DNA of 64,000 nucleotides, taken from NCBI GenBank assembly GCA_045863395.1, contig BTVJ01000033.1, positions 19,552 to 83,551 on the forward strand, read 5' to 3'. The stretch is from Myxococcales bacterium. GTDB taxonomy: Bacteria; Myxococcota_A; UBA9042; JABWCM01; BTVJ01. Position 1 is the stretch's first letter; each line of letters starts with the position of its first letter. The notes under the pieces are model-generated. The model ran no database searches. It was not told where the DNA came from and worked only from the letters and a program-made list of their open reading frames with translations. Both the position numbers and the translations under genes were made by a program. Positions 9,965-18,772 of the stretch are shown in pieces.

Positions 9965-11452
9965 TCAGCGCGGCCCCGTGGGGCGGAAGGGCTCCGGGGT
10001 GAGCACGATGTCCTTGAAGCTGGCGCGGGCGTGGTAAAGGTAGAGGCCGAACAGGGAGTACCGATCCCGGTCCTCTGGCACGTCGAGCACCTGGCGGCCG
10101 TCCACGCTGACCTGGAGGCGGTCGGCGGTCACGCGCACGGTCACGTCCACCCACTCGCCGAGGCGGATGCGCTCGGGGGCCGAGCGGACCACGTCGATGT
10201 GCGTGGCCGAGAAGCTGCGGCGCACGGCGACGCGGTTCGCGGCGAAGTCCACCAGGTAGTAGTAGGGGTACTCCCCGTGGAAGTTGTTGCCCAAGATGAG
10301 CCCCGCGGTGCCCTTCTCGAGCCGCAGGCGCAGCTTGACCGTGAACAGGCGGTGAGGCAGCTCACTGCGGATGAGGTAGTTGTAGCTGCTCGTCCCCTCC
10401 GCGCGGATGGCTCCGTCCTCGACGCGCCAGCCGCCCCCCTCGTGGATGGTCCACTCCTCGATGCCGCGCCCGTCGAACAGGGCGACGGGACCAGGCACGG
10501 GCAGGGACTGGCGCCCGACCCAGGCGCGCCACTCGGCGTCCAGGGTGTCCAGGTCTGGCCCGAACAGCTCGCTGAAGGCGTCCATGCCGTCGTGGCCGCT
10601 CCGCAGGCGCATCAGGTAGAGGGGGAGCCGCTCGGCGTGGGTGGGGTGGTGGGCCAGGAAGCTGACCAGCCCCCATGATGCCGCGTAGTAGATGTTCATG
10701 GAGTCGCCGCTGTACCGGTCCGGCGGGCTCCGCAGGAGCGCGCGGAGGCCCACGAAGGTGCCGGTCTCCAGGGCGTTGACCAGGTAGGCGAGCTTGCCGG
10801 AGTTGGTCGTTCCGATGCGCAGGGCGTCGCCCTCGATCTGGAACGAGCCGAAGTACTCGGCGAGGCCCTCGTCGAACCAGATGGGCCAGTTCGGGCGCGT
10901 GTAGCGGTAGAAGAAGGGATCTTCAAAGACCTCGCCCATCACCGCGTGGATGATCTCGTGAAAGTAGAGCTGCATGGAGTTGTTGTAGCGGTACGTCACG
11001 ATGGTCTTGGTGCCGCCGTCGTAGTAGCCGCCGTTGTTGGTGAGCTGCGGGGCGTTCTGGTTCGCGTAGTGCTGGTAGTCCTCCTGCCGCTCGAACAGCA
11101 CGATGGCCGTGCGGGGAATCTTGAAGGACGCGCGGAACGTGTCGCTGAGGCCCTCGACCAGGCGGTCGTGGTACTGGTCGAGGCGACGGGCCAGCTCCCG
11201 GGCGTAGGTGGGGTCGGCGTCGGTGCGCAGCAGGAAGTGCTTCGCTTCGTAGACGTTGAGGCGCGCGGCCCACGGCGTCGGGTCCGCCGCACGGGCGACC
11301 GGCGCCGGCGGGCCCTGCTCCCGGGCCGTGGCCGCCCGCTCCGGCGGCGCCTGGGCCGCGGCGACGGACGGCAGGAGCAGGCTCAGCAAGGTGAGCGCGG
11401 CTCTCGTCAACGACTGGTCCGCGCGCCTGCCCTGCAAGAGGCCTCCGACCAT
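9965..11452 (-). CDS. Secreted DUF1570-like HExxH protein with a C-terminal DUF1080/lectin-like beta domain
   Basis: Hydrophobic signal; FHEIIH...WFDEGLAEYF; C-terminal LFDGRGIEEW...WRVEDG; start uncertain. Confidence 0.65.
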   Translation of the reverse strand: MVGGLLQGRRADQSLTRAALTLLSLLLPSVAAAQAPPERAATAREQGPPAPVARAADPTPWAARLNVYEAKHFLLRTDADPTYARELARRLDQYHDRLVEGLSDTFRASFKIPRTAIVLFERQEDYQHYANQNAPQLTNNGGYYDGGTKTIVTYRYNNSMQLYFHEIIHAVMGEVFEDPFFYRYTRPNWPIWFDEGLAEYFGSFQIEGDALRIGTTNSGKLAYLVNALETGTFVGLRALLRSPPDRYSGDSMNIYYAASWGLVSFLAHHPTHAERLPLYLMRLRSGHDGMDAFSELFGPDLDTLDAEWRAWVGRQSLPVPGPVALFDGRGIEEWTIHEGGGWRVEDGAIRAEGTSSYNYLIRSELPHRLFTVKLRLRLEKGTAGLILGNNFHGEYPYYYLVDFAANRVAVRRSFSATHIDVVRSAPERIRLGEWVDVTVRVTADRLQVSVDGRQVLDVPEDRDRYSLFGLYLYHARASFKDIVLTPEPFRPTGPR

Positions 11453-11554
11453 CTGCGTCCGGGGAACGACCACAGAGCACGATACCGGGGCTCCGTGGGG
11501 CTGTAAAGCTCTGCACAGTGGCGCTCGCGGGCGACCTGTGCCACCATCGCGGCC

Positions 11555-12799
11555 ATGCGACGTGGGCTTGTCCTCGCCATGGTCCTCTGGAGCGGCGGCA
11601 CTTGGGCATCGGGGCCCTCGGTCTGGGTGAAGTGGGCCGTGGACGCCCCGCCGGCCGTGCGCGCAGAGATTGGCGACCTCTACGGGCGGGCGGTGATCGC
11701 CGGCCTCGCGCCCTCCACACAGCCGCCGTCCATCACGCCCGTGGCGCCGGCGAGCGCTGCCGAGGTCGCCGCGCTGCTCCGTGACGGCGAGGACGCCTTC
11801 TTTGCCATCGAGCTCGACAAGGCGCGCTCGGCTCTGTCGGCTGCCTGGGAACGGCTCCGCAAGAACCCGGCGCTCCTCGCCGATCCGGCCGTGGGGCCCG
11901 CTCGCGCCGCGTCGGGGCTCCTGACCCTGGTCCGTGCGCACCTGCACGAGGGGAGGGGCGCCGATGCCGAGGCCGTGCTGCGGTGGCTCCTCGGTGTGCA
12001 CCCGGACGCGGAGATCTCCGCCGCCACCCAGCCCGCCAACGTGGTGGAGCTGGCGCGGACGGTGCGCTCGTCGCTGGTGACGGGACGCATCACGTGGGAG
12101 GTCCTCGGGCCGTCCGCCGGGTGTCGCGTGTTCGTGCACGGCATGGATCGGGGTGCGCAGTCCCCGGTGGAGGTCGCGGCGGGGGAGCATCTGCTGTGGG
12201 TGCGGTGCGGCGACGCCGCCGGGTGGTCGTGGCGCGTGGACGTGCCCGCGGGAGGACAGGTGACGCTACGCACGGCCCCCGCGACCGAGGCGACGCTGCG
12301 CTGGGAGAACGGGGCGCTGGTCCCCTCGGGTGAGCTGGAGGCCGGGGCCCCGCTCGTGATCGCTCGCGCCCTGGGCGTCTCCGTGGTGGCGCCGCTCGGG
12401 GAGGCTGGGGCCATGTCGCTGATCGAGGCGCGCCCCGATGGCACGACCCGCGTCGTGGTGGTGCCGCCCTCGGAGGCGCCGGCGATTGTCGAGTCGGTGG
12501 AGGCTGAGGCGTCTGGGGCGCTCAGCGGCTGGGGTTGGGCGACGCTCGGGCTCGGCGCTGCGCTGGTCGCTGGAGGGGGCGCGCTGCACGGTGTCCACGA
12601 TGGGCGCGTAGGGTCTGGCGGGGCGACCTCGAGCGACATGGACGATGCCCGCACGCTCCGCGGGGCCTCCATCGGACTCTATGCGGCGGGCGGCGCGGCG
12701 CTCGCGACGGGCATCGTCCTGCTGATCGTGGACGCGGCCGATGCGCCGGTGGCGGTCGGCGCTGGTCCGGGCGGAGTGGCGCTGCTCGGGCGCTTCTGA
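11555..12799 (+). CDS. Secreted/membrane PEGA-like domain protein
   Basis: Signal peptide; CRVFVHGMDRG...PVEVAAGEH; hydrophobic C-terminus ending GRF, typical of myxobacterial PEGA proteins. Confidence 0.6.
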   Translation: MRRGLVLAMVLWSGGTWASGPSVWVKWAVDAPPAVRAEIGDLYGRAVIAGLAPSTQPPSITPVAPASAAEVAALLRDGEDAFFAIELDKARSALSAAWERLRKNPALLADPAVGPARAASGLLTLVRAHLHEGRGADAEAVLRWLLGVHPDAEISAATQPANVVELARTVRSSLVTGRITWEVLGPSAGCRVFVHGMDRGAQSPVEVAAGEHLLWVRCGDAAGWSWRVDVPAGGQVTLRTAPATEATLRWENGALVPSGELEAGAPLVIARALGVSVVAPLGEAGAMSLIEARPDGTTRVVVVPPSEAPAIVESVEAEASGALSGWGWATLGLGAALVAGGGALHGVHDGRVGSGGATSSDMDDARTLRGASIGLYAAGGAALATGIVLLIVDAADAPVAVGAGPGGVALLGRF

Positions 12800-12864
12800 G
12801 AGGGGCGCGTTGCGGGGCTCGCGGGGGGCTTCTATACTCCCGCCATCTCAAGACGGAGGACACC

Positions 12865-13722
12865 ATGCGGTTCGAGCGGCTCGTGATCATAGGGTGTGGC
12901 ACGGTGGGGAGCGCGTTTGCGGCGGCGGCGCGCGAGAAGGAGCTGGCCGGCCGCATCGTGGCCGTGGACACGGCGGCCATGGCGCTTGCGAAGCTGCTGG
13001 AGGACGGGACGGCCGACGAGGCGATGTTCGATGCCCGGCCGGCGGTCGCCAAGGCCGACGCGGTGATCCTCTGCGTCCCGGCGTCCGCGGTCGTCCAGGT
13101 GCTCTACACCATCATCGACGACATCGCGCCCGGCACGCTGGTCATGGACACGGCAGCGGCCAAGTCGCGCATCGTGCGCGAGACGGACGAGTTCGTGCCC
13201 CTGACGGTCCACTACATCAGCACCCACCCCATCTTCACGAAGGGCGGCGGCGACAAGACGGGCGCGGCGCGCTTCGACGGGGGCATCTGCGTGATGACCC
13301 CGTCCGAGAGCACGAAGCCCGAGGCCATGGAGAAGGCGCTCGACCTGTACAAGGACCTCGGGATGCGGGTCATCCAGATGGACCCGAACGACCACGACGT
13401 GGCGCTGGCCGCGCTGGAGCAGCTCCCCAGCGTGATCTCCATCGCGACGCTGGTCACGCTCGACTCGTCGGCGAAGGAGCTCGGCCACTTCGTGGAGCTG
13501 GGCGCCGACCGCCTGAAGGACCTGGTGCGCCACGCGCCGCGGGCGTCGTCGGGGTGGGCGGACAAGGCGCTCGACAACCGGGAGCAGGTCGCCTTCCTGC
13601 TCGAGCGTCTGGAGGGAGTAGTCCACACACTGCGAGACGCCCTGGAGAAGGGCAACGGGCCCGCGATTCAAGGGATTCTTCAGAGGGTGGACGCCCTGCT
13701 GGGGCGGACGCCGCAGGCGTAG
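12865..13722 (+). CDS. tyrA: Prephenate/arogenate dehydrogenase
   Basis: IIGCGTVG Rossmann motif, DTAAAK, YISTHPI, HD; GGAGG RBS before ATG 12865. Confidence 0.8.
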   Translation: MRFERLVIIGCGTVGSAFAAAAREKELAGRIVAVDTAAMALAKLLEDGTADEAMFDARPAVAKADAVILCVPASAVVQVLYTIIDDIAPGTLVMDTAAAKSRIVRETDEFVPLTVHYISTHPIFTKGGGDKTGAARFDGGICVMTPSESTKPEAMEKALDLYKDLGMRVIQMDPNDHDVALAALEQLPSVISIATLVTLDSSAKELGHFVELGADRLKDLVRHAPRASSGWADKALDNREQVAFLLERLEGVVHTLRDALEKGNGPAIQGILQRVDALLGRTPQA

Positions 13723-13725
13723 GGG

Positions 13726-16137
13726 TCAGGCCCGCAGCGTCGCGCCTTCGGTGGCAAGGGCTGCGACCACCGCGTCGATGCGAGCCTGCACCTCATCGGC
13801 GTGCAGCGTGCGCTGGGGCTCCTGGAAGGTCAGGCTGATCGCCAGGCTGACCGTCCCCTCCGGGATGCCCGCCCCCTCGTAGCGGTCGAAGAGGTGGAGG
13901 CCCGTGAGGAGCGGGCCCGCCGCGGCGCTCGCCGCGGCGAGCAGGCGCTCGGCGGGGACGTCGCGGGGGACGATCACGGCGATGTCACGGTAGACCGCCG
14001 GCTGGGAGGGCAGGGGTCGGAAGACCACCGTGCGCTGGGAGGCTTCGAGCAGCGCGTCAAGGTGCAGCTCCGCCACGAGGGCGGGGCGGTCCAGGTCGAT
14101 GGCGCGCAGCCACGGGGCGGCCACCTCCCCCAGGGCGCCGGCCACGCGGTCACCGAGCAGCAGGGACATGCTCTTGCCGGGCACCAGGTCGCCCGACGTG
14201 GGGACCCACCGGGCGTCGGTCACGCCCAGGCGCGAGAGCAGGGCGTCGATGAGGCCCTTGAGGTCGAAGAGGCTGAGCTGCGCGCCGAACGCTGCGGGGC
14301 ACCACGCCGGCAGGCGCCGCTCGCCGGTGGCGACCAGCGAGACCAGCGTGGGCTCCCAGGCAGCGCCGTCCAGCCGGAAGTAGGCGCGCCCCACCTCGAA
14401 CAGGTGCACGCCCGTCTGGTAGCGCAGGTTCTCGGCGGCGTTGCGCAGCAGCCCGGGGATGAGCGTCGTGCGCATGGCGTCGCGCTCGCTGGACTGGGGG
14501 TTTGCCAGGTGGATCGGGGTCGCGCTGTCCGGGAGCGTGAACGGGGAGGCGAAGGTGTTCCAGGCGCGAGAGACGATGCTGTAGTTGATCGCCTCGTGGA
14601 AGCCCGCGCCGCAGAGCAGGGCGGCGACCTCGCGCGTGGCGCGGAGCGTGGCTTCGCTGGCGTAGGGGCGCTGGTCCAGGTAGACCGGGACGGCGACGGA
14701 CGGCTCGATGCGGTTCATCCCCCAAGCGCGGGCGACCTCCTCGATCAGGTCCGCGGCGCAGGAGACATCCTTGCGGAAGCTCGGCGCGGTCACGTCGAGG
14801 CCGTCTGCCATCTGCTCCACGGTGAAGTCGAAGCCCCGCAGGATGTCTGCGATCTCCGGCTCTGGGATCGCGACGCCGAGGATGCGCTCGACCTCGCGCC
14901 CCGTCAGGTGGAGGCGGGTCGGGGTGGGGCGCACCGGGTAGACGTCCTGCCACCCCTCGAGGGTGGCGCCGGGGCAGGCGTCGAGCAGCAGACGGACCGC
15001 GCGGCGCATGGCCTCATGGGTCCACTCGGGGTCCACGTCCTTCAGGAAGCGCTCCGCCGCGTCGGTGCGCAGCTTGAGGCGCTGGGTGGTCCGCCGGATG
15101 GAGCGCAGGTCGAAGTGGGCGGCCTCGAGGAGGACGGCGGTGGTGTCGCCGTGGACGGCGCTGTCCTCGCCGCCGATCACGCCCGCGACGGCGACGGGGC
15201 CTGCGCCGTCGGCGATGATCAGCGTGTCCGGGTGGAGCGCATAGGTGGCGCCGTCGAGCGCCAGCATGGACTCGCCGGGCTGGGCGGTGCGCACGTCGAT
15301 GCGGGGTCCGCTCAGGTTGGCGAGGTCGAAGAAATGGAGCGGCTGGCCCATCTCCAGCATCACGTAGTTGGCGACGTCCACCACGTTGTTGATGGGGCGC
15401 ATGCCTCCCGACCGCAGGCGTGCCTGCAGCCAGGCCGGGGAGGGGCCGACGGTGACGCCCCGGATCACCGCGCCCAAGTAGCGGTGGCACAGGTCTGGGG
15501 CTGTGATCGTGATCGGGACGGAGCCCGTACCCGGGGCGCCCACGCTGGCGCGGGCGAGGGCGTCGGGCCGCACGGGGATGCGCAGGAGCGCCGCCATCTC
15601 GCGCGCCATGCCGTAGATGCTGAAGGTGCGGCCGAGGTCCGGCGTGAGGTCGATCTCGAGGATCGTGTCGCCGAGCACCGCGGAGAGGGGGGTGCCCGGT
15701 GCTGGGGCGCCGTCCAGGAACAGCACGCCGCTGTGGTCATCGGAGAGCCCCAGCTCCCGCTCGCTGCACAGGACCGTGGACGACGCGAAGCCGCGGACGG
15801 TCCGCTCGGCGACCGTGACGGGGCCGTCCGGGGTCTGGATCTGCCCGCCGGGGAGCGCGACGGCGACCAGGCGGCCGATGGTGGTCGCGTCCACGTTGGG
15901 GGCGCCGCACGCGCTGTCGTGACTGGAGCCGCCCACGTCGACGGTCACCCGCTGCACGTGGGCGCCCTCGATGGGGGCGACGGCGACAATCCGACCCACG
16001 ACCAGATGGTCCCACCCGGCGCCCACGTGCTCGACGTGTGCGACCTCCAGGCCCGCCAGGTTGCAGGTGTCGGTCAGGTGGTCGAGGCGGGCGGGGACGT
16101 CGATGAAGGTCTTGAGCCACGACAGCGGCACGCGCAT
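13726..16137 (-). CDS. pheT: Phenylalanyl-tRNA synthetase beta subunit
   Basis: MRVPLSWLK, CGAPN, CSERELG, INNVVDVANYVMLEMGQPLH, DLIEEVAR, C-terminal FDX-ACB domain. Confidence 0.97.
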   Translation of the reverse strand: MRVPLSWLKTFIDVPARLDHLTDTCNLAGLEVAHVEHVGAGWDHLVVGRIVAVAPIEGAHVQRVTVDVGGSSHDSACGAPNVDATTIGRLVAVALPGGQIQTPDGPVTVAERTVRGFASSTVLCSERELGLSDDHSGVLFLDGAPAPGTPLSAVLGDTILEIDLTPDLGRTFSIYGMAREMAALLRIPVRPDALARASVGAPGTGSVPITITAPDLCHRYLGAVIRGVTVGPSPAWLQARLRSGGMRPINNVVDVANYVMLEMGQPLHFFDLANLSGPRIDVRTAQPGESMLALDGATYALHPDTLIIADGAGPVAVAGVIGGEDSAVHGDTTAVLLEAAHFDLRSIRRTTQRLKLRTDAAERFLKDVDPEWTHEAMRRAVRLLLDACPGATLEGWQDVYPVRPTPTRLHLTGREVERILGVAIPEPEIADILRGFDFTVEQMADGLDVTAPSFRKDVSCAADLIEEVARAWGMNRIEPSVAVPVYLDQRPYASEATLRATREVAALLCGAGFHEAINYSIVSRAWNTFASPFTLPDSATPIHLANPQSSERDAMRTTLIPGLLRNAAENLRYQTGVHLFEVGRAYFRLDGAAWEPTLVSLVATGERRLPAWCPAAFGAQLSLFDLKGLIDALLSRLGVTDARWVPTSGDLVPGKSMSLLLGDRVAGALGEVAAPWLRAIDLDRPALVAELHLDALLEASQRTVVFRPLPSQPAVYRDIAVIVPRDVPAERLLAAASAAAGPLLTGLHLFDRYEGAGIPEGTVSLAISLTFQEPQRTLHADEVQARIDAVVAALATEGATLRA

Positions 16138-16170
16138 GGGGTCCTCCTGGTGTGCCTTGGGGGGCGGCGG

Positions 16171-17208
16171 CTAGAGCGCTCGGAACTGCCTCAGGAAGCG
16201 CACGTCGTTGCGGTAGAAGTGGCGGATGTCGTCGATGCGGTAGCGCAGCATGGCCATGCGCTCGACGCCCATGCCGAAGGCGTACCCGCTGACCTTGTCC
16301 GGGTCGTAGCCGCCGTTGCGCAGCACCGTCGGGTGGACCATGCCGGCGCCGAGGATCTCGATCCACCCGGTGCGCTTGCACAGGCCGCAGCCCTTGGACT
16401 CGCAGTTGAAGCAGTCCACGTCCACCTCCATGGAGGGCTCCGTGAACGGGAAGTAGGAGTTGCGCACGCGGATCTGCCGGCCCGGCCCGAAGATGCGCCG
16501 CGCCGCCCCCTGGAGCACGGCGAGCAGGTCGCGCATGGTCACGTTGGGCCCTACCTCGAGGCCCTCCACCTGGTGGAACATGAACTCGGTGCGCGCGGTG
16601 ACCTGCTCGTAGCGGTAGACCTTGCCCGGGCAGATCACCTTGACGGGCTCGGGGGCGCGCTCCCGCATGACGCGGATCTGCACCGGCGACGTGTGGGTGC
16701 GCAGCACGTCGCCCTCGCCCTCGGCGTAGAAGGTGTCCCACATGTCGCGGGCGGGGTGGTCCGCCGGCATGTTCAAGAGCTCGAAGTTGAGGACGTCGGA
16801 CTCCACCTCGGGGCCCTGCGCCTCCAGGAAGCCCATGCTGCGGAAGATGTCGCGCAGGTCCTCAAGCGTAGCCGCAATGGGGTGGCGGTTGCCGAGCGGG
16901 ACGTCCACGCCCGGCAGCGTCACGTCCACCCGCTCGCGCTCGAGGCGCGCCGCGAGCTCCTTGGCGTCGATGTCTGCCTTGCGCTCCTCGAGGGCGGCCT
17001 CGAGGCGCGAGCGCACCTCGTTGAGCACCTTGCCCGCGGCGGGCCGCTCCTCCTTCGGGAGCGCGCCGAGCCCCTTCATCAAGGCGGTCATGGCCCCGGA
17101 CTTGCCGAGGATGCGCACCCGCCAGTCCTCCAGGGCGGCGCTGGTGCCAAGGGCAGCCAGGTCCGCCAGCGCCTCGTCTGCCACCCTCTGTGCGTCGCTC
17201 TCGCCCAT
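16171..17208 (-). CDS. pheS: Phenylalanyl-tRNA synthetase alpha subunit
   Basis: HPARDMWDTF, LRTHTSPVQIR, FHQVEG, FPFTEPS, FGMGVER. Confidence 0.97.
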   Translation of the reverse strand: MGESDAQRVADEALADLAALGTSAALEDWRVRILGKSGAMTALMKGLGALPKEERPAAGKVLNEVRSRLEAALEERKADIDAKELAARLERERVDVTLPGVDVPLGNRHPIAATLEDLRDIFRSMGFLEAQGPEVESDVLNFELLNMPADHPARDMWDTFYAEGEGDVLRTHTSPVQIRVMRERAPEPVKVICPGKVYRYEQVTARTEFMFHQVEGLEVGPNVTMRDLLAVLQGAARRIFGPGRQIRVRNSYFPFTEPSMEVDVDCFNCESKGCGLCKRTGWIEILGAGMVHPTVLRNGGYDPDKVSGYAFGMGVERMAMLRYRIDDIRHFYRNDVRFLRQFRAL

Positions 17209-17331
17209 CGCTTCACCCTCGTGCTCGTCGCAAGGGGGCGCATTAGCACGCGATGGCGCGGTGTGTCAAACCGGCCGGCTCTCGACCCGCGGCGTGATGC
17301 GCGCTAGGTTTGGGTGCTGGAGGTGACTGCC

Positions 17332-18645
17332 ATGGCCCGCTGGATTATCCGCCCAGGGAAGTACGAGGCGACGCGAGCAGTGACGGTCCGGGTCCCCGGC
17401 GACAAGTCCATCGGCCACCGCGCCGTCATGCTCTCTGCCCTCGCCGACGGGGTGAGCCGCATCACGGGGCTCTCGGGGGGAGAAGACAACCGCTCGACGG
17501 TGGCCTGCCTCCGGGCGCTGGGGGTGGACATCGAAGAGGCTGGGGCAGGCGCCCTCCTGGTGCGCGGCGTGGGCCTCGGGGGGCTGCGATCACCGGCGGG
17601 AGACCTGGACTGCGGCAACTCGGGGACCACCATGCGGCTGATGGCCGGGGTGCTTGCCGGACAGGCGCTGCCGGCCCGGCTCGTCGGGGACGCCTCCCTG
17701 AGCCGTCGCCCCATGCGCCGCGTCATCGAGCCCCTGGAGGCCATGGGGGCCCGGGTCGTCGCGGAGGGCGAAGGGGGGCGCCCACCCCTGAGGGTGTGGG
17801 GAGGCGGCCTGCGGGGCATCGCGTGGATGAGCCCGGTGGCCAGCGCCCAGGTCAAGAGCGCCATCCTGCTGGCGGGGCTCCGCGCAGAGGGGGAGACGTC
17901 GGTGACCGAGCCAGCCCTGAGCCGCGACCACACGGAGCGAATGCTGCGGCGGCGCGGCGTGGACGTGCGGGTAGACGGGCTGCGCGTCTCGCTGGAGCCC
18001 GTCAAGCGCCTCGACGCCATGGACGTGGACGTCCCCGGCGACCCGTCGAGCGCCGCGTTTCCCCTGGCCATGGCGATCCTGACCGGGGCGGTCACGGTGG
18101 CGGGCGTCGGGGTCAACCCGACCCGCACCGGGTTTCTCGACGCCCTGCAGGCGATGGGAGCGGCCGTTGCCGTGAGCGAGGGCCCCGACGCCGGCGGGGA
18201 GCCCACCGCGGATCTCCGAGTGGAGAGAGTCTCCCTCCGTGGCGCAGTCATCGAGGGCGCTCTGATTCCCCGCCTCATCGACGAGGTCCCGATATTGGCG
18301 GTCCTGGCGACGCAGGCTCGTGGGGTCACCGAGATTCGCGACGCGGCGGAGCTCCGCGTGAAGGAGTCTGACCGCATCGCCGTGGTCGCGGCCCACCTCC
18401 GCGCATTGGGGGGCCATGTCGAGGAGCGCCCCGACGGGCTGATCGTCGAGGGCCCGACTCCGTTGCGGGGGGCGCGGCTGGAGAGCCATGGAGACCACCG
18501 AATCGCCATGGCAGGAGCGGTCGCTGGGCTGATTGCCAAAGGAGAGACGATCATCGAGGACGTCGCCTGCGTGGCGACGAGCTTCCCGGGATTCGTGGAG
18601 CTGCTGCGGCGCGTCGTGCCGGCCGCGGAGATTCTGGAGGAGTGA
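17332..18645 (+). CDS. aroA: 3-phosphoshikimate 1-carboxyvinyltransferase
   Basis: VPGDKSIGHR, DCGNSGTTMRL, SAQVKSA, RDHTERML, ELRVKESDR, DHRIAM. Confidence 0.96.
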   Translation: MARWIIRPGKYEATRAVTVRVPGDKSIGHRAVMLSALADGVSRITGLSGGEDNRSTVACLRALGVDIEEAGAGALLVRGVGLGGLRSPAGDLDCGNSGTTMRLMAGVLAGQALPARLVGDASLSRRPMRRVIEPLEAMGARVVAEGEGGRPPLRVWGGGLRGIAWMSPVASAQVKSAILLAGLRAEGETSVTEPALSRDHTERMLRRRGVDVRVDGLRVSLEPVKRLDAMDVDVPGDPSSAAFPLAMAILTGAVTVAGVGVNPTRTGFLDALQAMGAAVAVSEGPDAGGEPTADLRVERVSLRGAVIEGALIPRLIDEVPILAVLATQARGVTEIRDAAELRVKESDRIAVVAAHLRALGGHVEERPDGLIVEGPTPLRGARLESHGDHRIAMAGAVAGLIAKGETIIEDVACVATSFPGFVELLRRVVPAAEILEE

Positions 18646-18772
18646 GTCTCGCTGGAGGCCGGCACACGGCAGTGGGGTGGAAGTTTCTGGTTGCCAGGGC
18701 GCCTGTTCGATGCCACGATGGTCTCATCACGGCGGCGGGTCGTCCCGCGCTGGCACCGGGCGGAGGTCCACC

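Noticed and set aside
13801..17307. Long shadow ORFs (also 18551-21481, 33607-36789, 42151-44481, 56503-59139)
   Set aside because: Antisense to well-supported genes; expected in high-GC DNA
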